From positions 31,734 through 95,733 of the forward strand of contig CAZKJS010000002.1 in NCBI GenBank assembly GCA_964553255.1: a DNA stretch of 64,000 nucleotides. Reading direction: 5' to 3'. The notes beneath the pieces were generated by a model that saw only the letters and a list, made by a program, of their open reading frames with translations, had not been told where the DNA came from and ran no database searches. Below are positions 10,941 through 21,189 of this stretch, piece after piece (positions within the stretch are counted from its first letter, which is position 1; each line of letters opens with the position of its first letter). This stretch comes from an uncultured Erysipelotrichaceae bacterium (lineage in GTDB: Bacteria > Bacillota_I > Bacilli_A > Erysipelotrichales > Erysipelotrichaceae). The position numbers were made by a program, and so were the translations under genes.

Positions 10941-11510
10941 ATGAAATTAATTGTTGGGCTGGGGAATCCTGGTAGAGAATATGAGAAAACAAGACACAAT
11001 ATTGGATTTATGGTAGTTGATGCCTTGCTTGATCATTTGGGTATAAAATTAGATCAACGCAAATTTAAAGCTCATTTTGTAAAAACTAAAATCGCAAATC
11101 ATGATGTTATCATTGCTAAACCATTGACTTACATGAATCTATCAGGACAAGCAATTGGTGAGCTAGCACAGTATTTTAATATTGATAATCAAGATATTTT
11201 AATCATATATGATGATTTTGATTTACCACTTGGTAAACTTCGTTTAAGAATGAAAGGAAACGGTGGGAGTCACAATGGCATGAAAAGTGTTGTATCACAC
11301 TTGAATTCTTCATCCATCAATCGTCTACGAATAGGTATTGATAAAAATCCTATGATCCAACAAAAAGACTATGTGTTAGGTAAGTTCTCAAAAGAAGAGC
11401 GAATAATACTAAAACAAACATTAACGAGATGTACAGAAGCGTTAATTGATTATCCTCAAATGAACTTTGTTGATTTAATGACTAAGTATAATACAGGTAA
11501 AAATGAATAA
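10941..11510 (+). CDS. pth: peptidyl-tRNA hydrolase
   Basis: MKLIVGLGNPGREYEKTRHNIGF signature. I prefer the ATG at 10941 (GGAGG 5 nt upstream) over the ORF-track ATG at 10914. Confidence 0.93.
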   Translation: MKLIVGLGNPGREYEKTRHNIGFMVVDALLDHLGIKLDQRKFKAHFVKTKIANHDVIIAKPLTYMNLSGQAIGELAQYFNIDNQDILIIYDDFDLPLGKLRLRMKGNGGSHNGMKSVVSHLNSSSINRLRIGIDKNPMIQQKDYVLGKFSKEERIILKQTLTRCTEALIDYPQMNFVDLMTKYNTGKNE

Positions 11511-14500
11511 TCTAACTACATTAATATATGATAACCAAGGAGTAAAAGCTCTTGAAAATAACATAGAAGGATTGGCTTCTTTATCTTTAATTGAAGAAGC
11601 ACTTTTATTGTCAACGTATTTTAAGAAAAGGCGACGAAACACAATTGTTGTGAAGAATAATGCTTTTAATGCGATTAAGTTGTATGATCACATTCAAAAT
11701 CTGATCAATGATGACCATGTTGTGCTATTTAATGTTGAAGAATCACTAAGAATAGAAGCCATCGCGGCTTCACCAGAAATGATGGCAGATAAGATTGATA
11801 CCCTTCATCATTTAGTAAGTGATGATGGCTATATGGTAATAACAAATACAGCTGGTTTTCTTAAACACTTACCAGAGTATGATTATTTTAAAAAGAGTGT
11901 AGTTCGTATTAGTACTAATCAATCAATAACAATAAGTGATCTACAAGCGCAATTGTTAAGAATTGGATATCAAGCGGTGGCACGGGTTGATCAACCATTA
12001 ACATATGCTCATCGTGGCGGAATTATTGATGTTTACTCTTTGAACTATGATGCACCAATAAGAATAGAATTTTTTGATACTGAAGTAGAAAGTATTCGGT
12101 TCTTTGATATATCATCGCAACGAACGATCAAAGTAATTGATGATGTAAAGATCATTCCCGCAAGTGATATTCTGTTTAGTGATGAGCAAATAACATTAAT
12201 TGAAAAAAAAGTAAAAGAACAACTTATAAAAGAAAAACAATTACTAAGCTATGATCAATTTTTGGTGTTAGAAGCTAATATAAATAAAGACTTGGATAAT
12301 CTTAATAATCACTTCAAAGACAATTATCTTTATCGTTATTACTCATATCTTGAAAATACAGCATCAATAGTCGATTATCTAAAAAATCCTCATATCATCT
12401 TAAGCAGTATTCAAGAGATTAAAGCAAATAATCGCATTATCATTGAAGAAAATATCGTATATTTACAAGAGTTATATAGTGAACAAAAAGCTTTGTTAAG
12501 ATTTAAATTGTTTCACGAACAAAGCGATGTTATTAAAAATCATCAAGTTTATGAGGTGCAACAGTTTCCATCTATTACCAATCAAATCAATTCAAAAATA
12601 TACACAATCAATACTGCCAACCAAAGTCTTGAGTTAACGCTGAAATCGGTAGCTAAACAAGCAACTAAACAAAGAGTATTGATGTGTTTAGATGAAAACA
12701 AGCTTAAAGACGTTATTAACAAACTGATTGAACTAAATATTGAGTATCAAATGGTTGATGATTTTAACAATTTAACAGATAAGATTTCAATATATCTATT
12801 TCCATTAGCCGAAGGTTTTGAACTGTATGAACAAGAATTAATCGTATACAGTGGCAAAGAATTATTTAGTGATAAGATCAAGATTGGACGATATGTTAAT
12901 AAGTTTAAGGAAGCTGAAGTATTGAGTAGCTATCTTGATTTGAAGATAGGCGACTATATCGTTCATAATTTATATGGTGTTGGTAAGTTTCTTGGTATAG
13001 TCACAAAAGAAATTGAACATAACCATAAAGATTTTTTGAACATTGTTTATCGTGGTGATGATATATTATTGGTACCTCTTGAACAATTCCAATTAGTACG
13101 CAAGTTTGTATCAAGAGATGGGGTTAATCCAAAACTAAACAAACTTGGTACAGGTGAATGGAGTAAAACAAAAGCGCGGATAAAAGAAAATGTTAATGAT
13201 ATAGCTGAACGTTTGATGGAATTATACGCGATGCGCGAAAACAAAATCGGGCATTCTTTTCAACCTGATAATGAAATGCAGACAGCTTTTGAAGCAGAGT
13301 TTGCTTATGAATTAACACCTGATCAAAAGTTGGCGGTTGATGAAATTAAAATGGATATGATGGATAGTAAGCCAATGGATCGCTTATTATGCGGTGATGT
13401 TGGTTTTGGTAAGACAGAAGTGGCGATCAGAGCTGCTTTTAAAGCAGTTTTAGAACATAAACAAGTAGCTTTTTTATGTCCTACAACTATTTTGTCACAT
13501 CAACACTACGAAACATTTTGTGAAAGATTTAAAAACTATCCAGTAAATATAGGACTTTTAAATAGGTTCATTCTAGAAAGCAATCAAAAAAAGATACTAC
13601 ATGATATTAAAACAGGGAAAATGGATATCTTGATTGGAACGCATCGTATTTTATCAAAAGACGTTAAGTATGCTGATCTAGGTTTGTTGATAATAGATGA
13701 AGAACAACGATTTGGAGTTGAACACAAAGAAAAGATAAAAGAACTAAAACAAACGATTGATGTATTATCATTAAGCGCAACACCAATACCACGAACATTA
13801 CAAATGTCTTTAATAGGAATCAGATCATTGTCACAATTAAATACACCACCAAGTAATCGTTTACCAGTGCTAACATATGTACTTGAGAGAAATCGTAGTA
13901 TCATCAAGGAAATCATCCAAAGAGAGTTAATGCGTAATGGACAAGTGTTTTATCTTTATAACAATGTTAAGGATATTTATGCAGTAGCTGCTAAACTAAG
14001 AGTTGATTTACCAGATGCGAAGATAGCGGTTGCTCATGGTCAAATGGCAAGACAAGAAATTGAAGAAGTAATGTATCGCTTTGTTAGTAATGAGTACAAT
14101 GTTCTTATCTGTACAACAATAATCGAGACTGGAATAGATATTCCAAATGCTAATACGATGATCATTGATAATGCCGATCGTTTTGGTTTGTCACAGCTAT
14201 ATCAGATCAAAGGTCGCGTAGGAAGAAGTGATCGCTTAGCGTATGCTTATCTAATGTATGCACCACAACGACAATTAACCGAAATAGCACAAAAAAGATT
14301 ACAATCAATTAAGGAGTTTACTGAACTAGGATCAGGATATAAGATCGCAATGCGTGATCTAACGATTCGAGGTGCTGGTGATTTATTAGGACCACAACAA
14401 TCTGGTTTTATTGATACCGTGGGCATTGATATGTATATAGAGATGTTACAAGAAGCGATAGCTGAGAAAAAGGGAGTAGTTATTGATAAACCGGAAGAAC

Positions 14501-14937
14501 AAATAAGAACACCATTAAATATAGATGCTTATATACCAGAAAAGTTTTCAACAACTGATTATGATAAACTAACAATTTATCAGAGAATCGATAAGATAAA
14601 AGCACTCAAAGAATTAATGGATTTAGAAGAAGAAGTTAGTGATATGTATGGTAAATTACCAATACCAGTACAATTATTGTTTGAAAAGAAGCGGCTTGAA
14701 ATCTTATTGAAAGAAGCACGTATAATGAAATTCAAAGAAACAAAACAAGGAGCAGAGATTGTCTTTACTGAAGACTATTCTAAAAACATCAATGGTGTTA
14801 AACTCTTTGAAACGATAAATAAAATAAGTAGTGATATTGAGCTAAGATATTTAAAAGGATCGATAATAATAAAGTTTACCAATAAAAAAGAATGGTTAAA
14901 CCAAGTATTGCAGGTATTAAGAAAGGATTTTAGTTGA
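11503..14937 (+). CDS. mfd: transcription-repair coupling factor
   Basis: 1144 aa. CarD-like RNAP-interacting domain (GDYIVHNLYGVGKF), superfamily-2 helicase motifs (GDVGFGKTEVA, DEEQRFG, SATPIPRT, QLYQIKGRVGR) and a TRCF C-terminal domain. Confidence 0.95.
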   Translation: MNNLTTLIYDNQGVKALENNIEGLASLSLIEEALLLSTYFKKRRRNTIVVKNNAFNAIKLYDHIQNLINDDHVVLFNVEESLRIEAIAASPEMMADKIDTLHHLVSDDGYMVITNTAGFLKHLPEYDYFKKSVVRISTNQSITISDLQAQLLRIGYQAVARVDQPLTYAHRGGIIDVYSLNYDAPIRIEFFDTEVESIRFFDISSQRTIKVIDDVKIIPASDILFSDEQITLIEKKVKEQLIKEKQLLSYDQFLVLEANINKDLDNLNNHFKDNYLYRYYSYLENTASIVDYLKNPHIILSSIQEIKANNRIIIEENIVYLQELYSEQKALLRFKLFHEQSDVIKNHQVYEVQQFPSITNQINSKIYTINTANQSLELTLKSVAKQATKQRVLMCLDENKLKDVINKLIELNIEYQMVDDFNNLTDKISIYLFPLAEGFELYEQELIVYSGKELFSDKIKIGRYVNKFKEAEVLSSYLDLKIGDYIVHNLYGVGKFLGIVTKEIEHNHKDFLNIVYRGDDILLVPLEQFQLVRKFVSRDGVNPKLNKLGTGEWSKTKARIKENVNDIAERLMELYAMRENKIGHSFQPDNEMQTAFEAEFAYELTPDQKLAVDEIKMDMMDSKPMDRLLCGDVGFGKTEVAIRAAFKAVLEHKQVAFLCPTTILSHQHYETFCERFKNYPVNIGLLNRFILESNQKKILHDIKTGKMDILIGTHRILSKDVKYADLGLLIIDEEQRFGVEHKEKIKELKQTIDVLSLSATPIPRTLQMSLIGIRSLSQLNTPPSNRLPVLTYVLERNRSIIKEIIQRELMRNGQVFYLYNNVKDIYAVAAKLRVDLPDAKIAVAHGQMARQEIEEVMYRFVSNEYNVLICTTIIETGIDIPNANTMIIDNADRFGLSQLYQIKGRVGRSDRLAYAYLMYAPQRQLTEIAQKRLQSIKEFTELGSGYKIAMRDLTIRGAGDLLGPQQSGFIDTVGIDMYIEMLQEAIAEKKGVVIDKPEEQIRTPLNIDAYIPEKFSTTDYDKLTIYQRIDKIKALKELMDLEEEVSDMYGKLPIPVQLLFEKKRLEILLKEARIMKFKETKQGAEIVFTEDYSKNINGVKLFETINKISSDIELRYLKGSIIIKFTNKKEWLNQVLQVLRKDFS

Positions 14938-14938
14938 T

Positions 14939-15196
14939 ATGAGATTAGATAAGTATTTAAAGGTTACTAGAATCTTAAAAAGAAGAGTAATTGGTAAAGA
15001 GTTAGCTAAAAATCAAAGAATAATGATAAATGGTAAAGTTGCTAAACCATCAAGTGAGTTAAAGATTAATGATGAAATTGAAGTTGTTTTTGGCAAGAGA
15101 CATTTAATAGTTAAAGTTTTAAAAATACAAGCGTATAGTAAAAAAGACGAAGCTGATATGATGTATGAAGTATTGAATGAGTTTGTTGAAGCGTAG
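14939..15196 (+). CDS. S4-domain RNA-binding protein (YabO/Hsp15-like)
   Basis: 85 aa. MRLDKYLKVTRILKRR S4 motif. Same position after mfd as B. subtilis yabO. Confidence 0.8.
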   Translation: MRLDKYLKVTRILKRRVIGKELAKNQRIMINGKVAKPSSELKINDEIEVVFGKRHLIVKVLKIQAYSKKDEADMMYEVLNEFVEA

Positions 15197-15271
15197 TTTC
15201 ATCTTTCAAATCTTGCAATTTTTAACTCAACAGTTATAATAAACTTACGTAAAGAATTAGGATGATGAACA

Positions 15272-15574
15272 ATGAGTAATGCTAAACCCAAGAAAAAAAG
15301 AAGAGTGCTTTCGGCGTTGGTAAGCTTGTGCTTATTAGTAGGAGCTAGTTTTTTCTTATATCAAGCTTTTCAAGAAATTGTTAATACATATAATTTGACG
15401 AAAGAACTACAAACAGCCAAATCAATATTAGATGACATTAGTAACGAAAACAAATATTTGAATGAGCAGAAAGCCAAATTACTAGATCCTGAGTATGTTA
15501 AAAGCTATGCTAGGGGTACATATATGTTATCAAAAGAAGGAGAACAGATTTTTTATCTTCCTTCAAAGGATTAA
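15272..15574 (+). CDS. septum formation initiator family protein (FtsB/DivIC-like)
   Basis: 100 aa. Basic N-terminus, single TM, then a coiled-coil segment. Synteny with the B. subtilis yabO...divIC region. Confidence 0.65.
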   Translation: MSNAKPKKKRRVLSALVSLCLLVGASFFLYQAFQEIVNTYNLTKELQTAKSILDDISNENKYLNEQKAKLLDPEYVKSYARGTYMLSKEGEQIFYLPSKD

Positions 15575-15590
15575 CTTAAGTAAATTAATC

Positions 15591-15617
15591 AAAGCTGATA
15601 GGATTATCAGCTTTTTT
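15591..15617 (+). terminator. rho-independent terminator
   Basis: Perfect 10-bp stem: aaagctgata (15591-15600) with tatcagcttt (15605-15614). Loop ggat, T run to 15617. Confidence 0.75.
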
Positions 15618-15649
15618 GAGTTAAAGAATGCATGATTTAGGAGATGTTT

Positions 15650-16795
15650 ATGCGAAAGAAACTGAAAATAGGTAGAGTAATAATATTGATCGCGTTGTTA
15701 AGCTTTTTTATCGTTGTGGGCAATATGTCGATTAAAGCATATAAAAATAGTTTATTGGTCGATGGCTATCATTTGATTGTTGATGATGAAACTTGGTTTA
15801 CTCTTGGTGATAAAGAAACAATTAATACGTTATTAACAGAATATCAAGATACCTATAAAACAGTTATTGGAAGTAACGCTGAGATAACGGGAGTAGGTTT
15901 TGTACAAGATGTACAGATAGTATTTGAAAGAGTAGACAAAGAAATACTTGATGATGTTGAACTAGCAAAAGAAATGATATATAAAAACGATAGAGAAGCG
16001 TTGTATTATACGGTAGTTGCTGGTGATACATTGTGGGATATCGCTAAGAATTTATCGATTTCGTTTTTTCAGTTTGTTAATTTAAACAGTGATATTAATG
16101 TAGATCGAATTTGGCCAGGAGATCAATTATTGCTTGAACCCAAAGACCCTAAGTTGGATGTTGTTATAGAGCTGAAATCAACTGTTTTGGAGGCAATTCC
16201 CTATACGACTCATTATATTCAAGATAGTTCATTATTAGCTACTCAAAGACAAGTTATCACTGCTGGTGTTGAGGGTGAAAAGAATGTTACATACGCTATC
16301 AAACTGTTAAACGGGTATGAAGATGAAACAATTGTACTTGATGAACTTATATTATCAAATCCAGTTGAAGCGGTTGTAAAACGTGGAACCAAAAGAACAT
16401 TATCGATTATTAGTAGTACTAATTATGGTGTTGTAAAGGGTAAAAGAACTAGCGGTTATGGTTATCGCACCGATCCAATATCAGGAAAGCGTGTTTTCCA
16501 TGATGGATTAGATATAGCAGCTGAATATGGAGCTTCGGTATATGCTTATGCAAGTGGAACGGTAATTGAATCAGGTTGGCATGATATTCGTGGTAACTAT
16601 GTTATCATCAGTCATGGTAATGGGCTTACAACCAGATATTTACACTTATCTAAACGTACGGTAAGTGTTGGTGATAAAGTAAGTGTTGGTGATGTGATTG
16701 GAAAAGTTGGATCAACAGGTTATAGCACTGGTAATCACTTACACTTCAGTGTTTTCCTTAATGGGAAATCACAAAATCCTTATGATTATATTTAA
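15650..16795 (+). CDS. M23 family metallopeptidase with LysM and G5 domains
   Basis: N-terminal TM; LysM (YTVVAGDTLWDIAKNL); G5-like (VITAGVEGEKNVTY...VVKRGTK); M23 motifs (HDGLDIAA, GNHLHFSV). The ATG at 15650 is better spaced from AGGAG than the track start at 15644. Confidence 0.85.
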   Translation: MRKKLKIGRVIILIALLSFFIVVGNMSIKAYKNSLLVDGYHLIVDDETWFTLGDKETINTLLTEYQDTYKTVIGSNAEITGVGFVQDVQIVFERVDKEILDDVELAKEMIYKNDREALYYTVVAGDTLWDIAKNLSISFFQFVNLNSDINVDRIWPGDQLLLEPKDPKLDVVIELKSTVLEAIPYTTHYIQDSSLLATQRQVITAGVEGEKNVTYAIKLLNGYEDETIVLDELILSNPVEAVVKRGTKRTLSIISSTNYGVVKGKRTSGYGYRTDPISGKRVFHDGLDIAAEYGASVYAYASGTVIESGWHDIRGNYVIISHGNGLTTRYLHLSKRTVSVGDKVSVGDVIGKVGSTGYSTGNHLHFSVFLNGKSQNPYDYI

Positions 16796-16817
16796 AAAAG
16801 ACCATTTGGTCTTTTTT
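16795..16817 (+). terminator. rho-independent terminator
   Basis: aaaaagacca and tggtcttttt form a stem with loop ttt and a T run. Confidence 0.7.
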
Positions 16818-16888
16818 CATAGAGTGTTTATTCTATACTAACATTGATAAAAATGATATATTAACATAGTCAGATAGGAGGTTTCTTG

Positions 16889-18460
16889 ATGAAGAAGAAA
16901 CAAGTTGTATTAGTAGTAATGGACGGTATTGGGATCACTTCTAAAGATGACGGTAATGCGGTAATGCATGCTTATAAACCCAATATTGATCGTTTATTGA
17001 AGGAATATCCTAATACGTTATTAAAAGCACATGGGACAGCGGTAGGTTTACCAACCGATGATGATATGGGAAATTCGGAAGTAGGACATAACGCTTTAGG
17101 ATGTGGTCAGATTTATGCGCAAGGCGCAAAATTAGTAAATGAGTCAATTGCCAGTAAGGCGATATTTCAAACTGAAACATGGCAAGAATTAACTGATTAT
17201 TGTAAAGACTATACTATGCATTTTATTGGATTATTATCCGATGGTAATGTTCATTCACATATCGATCATTTAATAAGTTTGATAACACAAGCAAAAGCTG
17301 AAGGATTGAAGAAAGTTCGTATTCATGTGCTTCTTGATGGCCGCGATGTTCCTGAAACAAGTGCATTGATCTATGTCGAAAAGCTTGAAACAGCACTTGC
17401 GTCTTTAAATGACAGTAAGTTCGATGCTAGAATTGCTAGTGGTGGCGGTAGAATGTATATCACAATGGATCGCTATGAAGCTGATTGGTCTATGGTAGAA
17501 AGAGGATGGAACACTCACGTCCTTGGTAAAGGAAGAGCGTTTAACAGTGCAAGCGAAGCGATATTGACATATCGTGATGAACTAAAGGTTTCAGATCAGG
17601 ATTTACCAGAGTTTGTTGTTGTAGAAGATGGTAAACCAGTTGGAACGATTAATGATGGCGATAGTGTTGTTTTATTTAACTTCCGTGGTGATAGAGCGAT
17701 CGAAATCTCTAAAGCATTTGAAAACAATGATTTTGATAAATTTGATCGTGTACGCAGACCAAAAGTTAAATATGCTGGTATGTTGCAATATGATGGCGAC
17801 TTAAAGATACCTAATCTTTTCTTAGTTCAACCACCAAAGATCAAGAACACATTGTCAGAATACTTAGTTAATAGAGGCTTACGTCAATATGCGATCAGTG
17901 AAACTCAAAAATTCGGACATGTTACATATTTCTGGAATGGTAATCGTACTGAAAAGTTTAACAATGAACTAGAAACGTTTTTTGAGATAACTTCAGATAT
18001 AATTCCGTTTGAACAAAGACCATGGATGAAAGCAGCGGAAATCACGGATGAGATGATCAAAGCAATCAAATCGAATCAATATGATTTCTTAAGATGTAAC
18101 TTTCCAAATGGTGATATGGTGGGACATACTGGCAATTACGCGGCTACACTGATCGGTGTTGAAACGGTAGACTTGTGTTTAGGAAGAATAATCGAGGCTT
18201 GTGATAAGACCGACAGTATTCTACTTGTTACAGCAGACCATGGTAACGCTGATGAAATGTATGAGAAACGCAAACAACCAACTGATAAGATAAAACCAAA
18301 AACAAGCCACACATTAAATCAAGTACCATTTATTGTTTATAACGCTGATGTTAAATTAAAACAAACCGATATAGGATTGGCTAATGTCGCAAACACAGTT
18401 GTAGAATTACTTGAACTTGAACCAGTAGCGCTTTGGGAAGATAGCATAATTCAAAAATAG
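16889..18460 (+). CDS. gpmI: 2,3-bisphosphoglycerate-independent phosphoglycerate mutase
   Basis: About 523 aa. Metalloenzyme motifs VVMDGIG, GNSEVGHNALG, TADHGNAD. The ATG at 16889 lies 7 nt after AGGAGG (the track starts at the TTG at 16886). Confidence 0.92.
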   Translation: MKKKQVVLVVMDGIGITSKDDGNAVMHAYKPNIDRLLKEYPNTLLKAHGTAVGLPTDDDMGNSEVGHNALGCGQIYAQGAKLVNESIASKAIFQTETWQELTDYCKDYTMHFIGLLSDGNVHSHIDHLISLITQAKAEGLKKVRIHVLLDGRDVPETSALIYVEKLETALASLNDSKFDARIASGGGRMYITMDRYEADWSMVERGWNTHVLGKGRAFNSASEAILTYRDELKVSDQDLPEFVVVEDGKPVGTINDGDSVVLFNFRGDRAIEISKAFENNDFDKFDRVRRPKVKYAGMLQYDGDLKIPNLFLVQPPKIKNTLSEYLVNRGLRQYAISETQKFGHVTYFWNGNRTEKFNNELETFFEITSDIIPFEQRPWMKAAEITDEMIKAIKSNQYDFLRCNFPNGDMVGHTGNYAATLIGVETVDLCLGRIIEACDKTDSILLVTADHGNADEMYEKRKQPTDKIKPKTSHTLNQVPFIVYNADVKLKQTDIGLANVANTVVELLELEPVALWEDSIIQK

Positions 18461-18478
18461 GGAGCAATCCCTTTTTTT
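18459..18478 (+). terminator. short stem-loop plus T7 after gpmI
   Basis: aggga and tccct form a 5-bp stem, loop gcaa, followed by seven T. The stem is short. Confidence 0.45.
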
Positions 18479-18534
18479 ATTTCATACAGCCAGTGTTGGT
18501 GTATAATCATTTTATAGGATTTGAGGTGAACTAT

Positions 18535-19416
18535 TTGAACATCATTGATATTAAGAAGTTAAGCAAGTATTATGGTAAAGCCAAAGGTGTCGCGGATTTG
18601 TCGCTAAGCGTTGAAGAAGGAGAGTTTTTTGGATTTATCGGACCAAATGGTGCGGGAAAAAGCACAACGATCAGAGTGTTGTTAGGACTTATTTATGGAG
18701 ACTACGAAAGATTAGCTATTTTTGAAAAAGATATGTTAAGTCATAAAGAAGAAATCTTACAGGATGTCGGCTATATGACATCTGAAGTTATGTTTTATAA
18801 TGGCATGAAAGTCAAAGATATTATCAAGTTCGCAGCTAACACGCGTAAAAAAGATTGCACAGATGAAGCGAAAAGATTATGTGAAATCTTACAACTAGAT
18901 ACAACAAGAAAAATTGAAGAGTTGTCTTTAGGTAATCGTAAGAAGGTCGCAATAGTATGTGCAATGCAACATCAACCCAAACTATATATTCTTGATGAGC
19001 CAACCAGTGGACTTGATCCTTTGATCCAACATGAATTTTTTAATTTATTAAAACAAAGAAATAGTGATGGTGCCACTATCTTCTTGTCTTCGCACGTCCT
19101 ATCAGAAATTCAACGTTATTGTGATAAAGCAGCAATTATCCGCGATGGACACTTAGTTGCCAATGATAATGTTGAAAACTTGATCAAAACAAAAGTAAGA
19201 CAAATAACCCTTCATGGTCATAATCAAGTAGAAGATATTGATGGCGTTTTTGATTGTCACAAAATTGATGATAAAAGTGTTACTTTCTTTTATGAAGGCG
19301 ATATTAAACAATTACTCAAGCGACTAGAAAAGACTGAACTAAATGATATATTGATAAGTGAGCCAGATCTAGAAGCAGCCTTTATGCATTACTATAAGGA
19401 TGAAACGAGGATATAA
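18535..19416 (+). CDS. ABC transporter ATP-binding protein
   Basis: Walker A GPNGAGKSTT, signature LSLGNRKK, Walker B LYILDEPTSGLD. The TTG at 18535 lies 6 nt after GAGGTG. The track start at 18493 overlaps a TGTATAAT -10-like element. Confidence 0.85.
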   Translation: MNIIDIKKLSKYYGKAKGVADLSLSVEEGEFFGFIGPNGAGKSTTIRVLLGLIYGDYERLAIFEKDMLSHKEEILQDVGYMTSEVMFYNGMKVKDIIKFAANTRKKDCTDEAKRLCEILQLDTTRKIEELSLGNRKKVAIVCAMQHQPKLYILDEPTSGLDPLIQHEFFNLLKQRNSDGATIFLSSHVLSEIQRYCDKAAIIRDGHLVANDNVENLIKTKVRQITLHGHNQVEDIDGVFDCHKIDDKSVTFFYEGDIKQLLKRLEKTELNDILISEPDLEAAFMHYYKDETRI

Positions 19417-19418
19417 CG

Positions 19419-20204
19419 ATGACAATATTCATGCATGAACTAAAACGTAATAAAAACTCGTTTATTGTTTGGACTAGCGTTATAACAGCTTTTATCCTTA
19501 TGATCATATTAATTTTCCCAGAAATGAAAAAACAGATGCAGGAAATAAATGACATCTTCGCTTCCCTTGGCAGTTTTACAGCCGCCTTTGGCATGGATCG
19601 TCTTAATTTAGGGAAAATGATCGACTACTACAGTATTGAAGCTGGGGCAATCGTCAGTTTAGGGGGTAGTTTTTATGCAGCTTTAATAGCTGTTTCAATA
19701 TTATCAAAAGAAGAAAAAGAACATACTGCTGATTTTTTATTAACACATCCAGTAAGTCGCACTAATATCTTAAAACAAAAACTATTAGCAGTATTAACAT
19801 TAGTGGTTATGCTAAACGTGATCGTTGCATCACTTACATTCATAACAATTTATATGATTGAAAGTTCGGTTGATTGGAATTTATTGATACTACTCAATCT
19901 TTCTTATCTAATACTACAAATTGAAGTAGCTGCTATTTGTTTTGGTATATCAGCCTTCTTGCGTAAAGATGGTATGGGAATCGGGCTTGGGCTTGCGGCC
20001 ACTTTCTATTTCTTAAACTTGGTCGCTAATATTACAGAAAAAGCTAAGTTCCTCAAATACTTTACACCGTTTGCTTATACTGAGGGAGCCGATATTATTA
20101 ACAATGGCGTTATCGATATGAAGCATCTAGCGCTGGGCATTGTTATTACGATACTTTGTATAACAGTTGGGTTTATAAAATATCAGAAGAAAGACATTTT
20201 ATAA
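19419..20204 (+). CDS. ABC-2 family transporter permease
   Basis: 261 aa with about 6 hydrophobic segments. Its start is translationally coupled to the preceding ATPase. Confidence 0.7.
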   Translation: MTIFMHELKRNKNSFIVWTSVITAFILMIILIFPEMKKQMQEINDIFASLGSFTAAFGMDRLNLGKMIDYYSIEAGAIVSLGGSFYAALIAVSILSKEEKEHTADFLLTHPVSRTNILKQKLLAVLTLVVMLNVIVASLTFITIYMIESSVDWNLLILLNLSYLILQIEVAAICFGISAFLRKDGMGIGLGLAATFYFLNLVANITEKAKFLKYFTPFAYTEGADIINNGVIDMKHLALGIVITILCITVGFIKYQKKDIL

Positions 20205-20211
20205 AACAAAA

Positions 20212-20245
20212 CAAAAAAAGCGAATCTTGATCGATTCGCTTTTCT
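20212..20245. terminator. bidirectional rho-independent terminator
   Basis: Perfect 10-bp stem: aaagcgaatc (20218-20227) with gattcgcttt (20234-20243). An A run lies upstream and a T run downstream. It sits between convergent genes. Confidence 0.7.
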
Positions 20246-20255
20246 ATGTGTTGAT

Positions 20256-21176
20256 TTACTTTAGCAAGCCTTTGCTTAGTAAAAACTCTCTAGCAACACT
20301 TACTGGTGTTTTACCATCAACATCAACCGCATAACTCATTTCAACCATTTCGGCATCACTGATTTGACCGGTTAACATGTCTAATACATCATATAAGTTC
20401 TCTATTTCGGCGAAGTCTTCAAAGAAACCTTTTCGAGCTACTAGGTTTGCGTAATAGTCAGGGAAGAAACCTAAGTCTTCTTCTAGTATTACTAAGTCAT
20501 ACTTCTTGTTTAGACCATCGGTGCTATAAACTTCAGTAACATCAAAGTTGCCATTTACAATCGCGGTATACTTAAGATTAACATCAATGGAAACGGCGTC
20601 TTTAAAGTTTAGACCATAAGCATCAACGAAGGCATAATATCTATCTTCTGTTTCTTCGGCAAAGAAACTTGGTTCAGCACCGAATACTAATTGATCAGCA
20701 ACTGGTATTAAATCACTTACCTTCTTTAGGTTGTACATATCCGCGGTTTCTTGGGTAACAGCGATAGCGTAAGTATTGTTGATACCAATCTTATCTAATG
20801 AAGTTACACCATATTCTTCTTCACCAATCTGTCTAACGTACTCAAATAAGGTCATACCTGCTGGTACATCACTTGGATTACGATTGTAGATTGATGCTAA
20901 GGTTGAGCCGTCATACGTCAAGAATAAGTCATTACTTGGATTATTACCTTGCATTTCTCTAAATTGGTTTACCAAAGTCATACCATCTTTAATTACAACA
21001 GTGGCATCTGTATATTCCTCAACTAATAATTTAACCATTTGGTTAATGATCATGATTTCGGCATAAGTGCCGTCATACATATTAATTACTGGTCCATCTG
21101 TTTTCTTAGTACCACAAGCAGTGGTTGATATAAGCAGAATTAAAGTAATCAATAATAAATAAATTTTCTTCTTCAT
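20256..21176 (-). CDS. osmoprotectant (glycine betaine/carnitine/choline family) ABC substrate-binding lipoprotein
   Basis: OpuAC-type SBP. Signal peptide plus lipobox (LISTTACG). The start at 21176 (MKKKIYLLL, AAGGGAG RBS) avoids overlap with the upstream permease; the track start at 21242 is rejected. Confidence 0.85.
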   Translation of the reverse strand: MKKKIYLLLITLILLISTTACGTKKTDGPVINMYDGTYAEIMIINQMVKLLVEEYTDATVVIKDGMTLVNQFREMQGNNPSNDLFLTYDGSTLASIYNRNPSDVPAGMTLFEYVRQIGEEEYGVTSLDKIGINNTYAIAVTQETADMYNLKKVSDLIPVADQLVFGAEPSFFAEETEDRYYAFVDAYGLNFKDAVSIDVNLKYTAIVNGNFDVTEVYSTDGLNKKYDLVILEEDLGFFPDYYANLVARKGFFEDFAEIENLYDVLDMLTGQISDAEMVEMSYAVDVDGKTPVSVAREFLLSKGLLK

Positions 21177-21189
21177 ATGAACTCCCTTC

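Noticed and set aside
12509-12524. TGTTTCACG, a perfect left half of the parS consensus TGTTNCACGTGAAACA, inside mfd.
   Set aside because: The right half (AACAAAG) does not match, so it is a half-site only. By eye I found no full parS or Noc-binding site (ATTTCCCGGGAAAT) anywhere in the window. A proper pattern search is still needed.
13047-13916. 65-aa and 110-aa minus-strand ORFs antisense to mfd.
   Set aside because: Embedded antisense ORFs with no motifs and no RBS.
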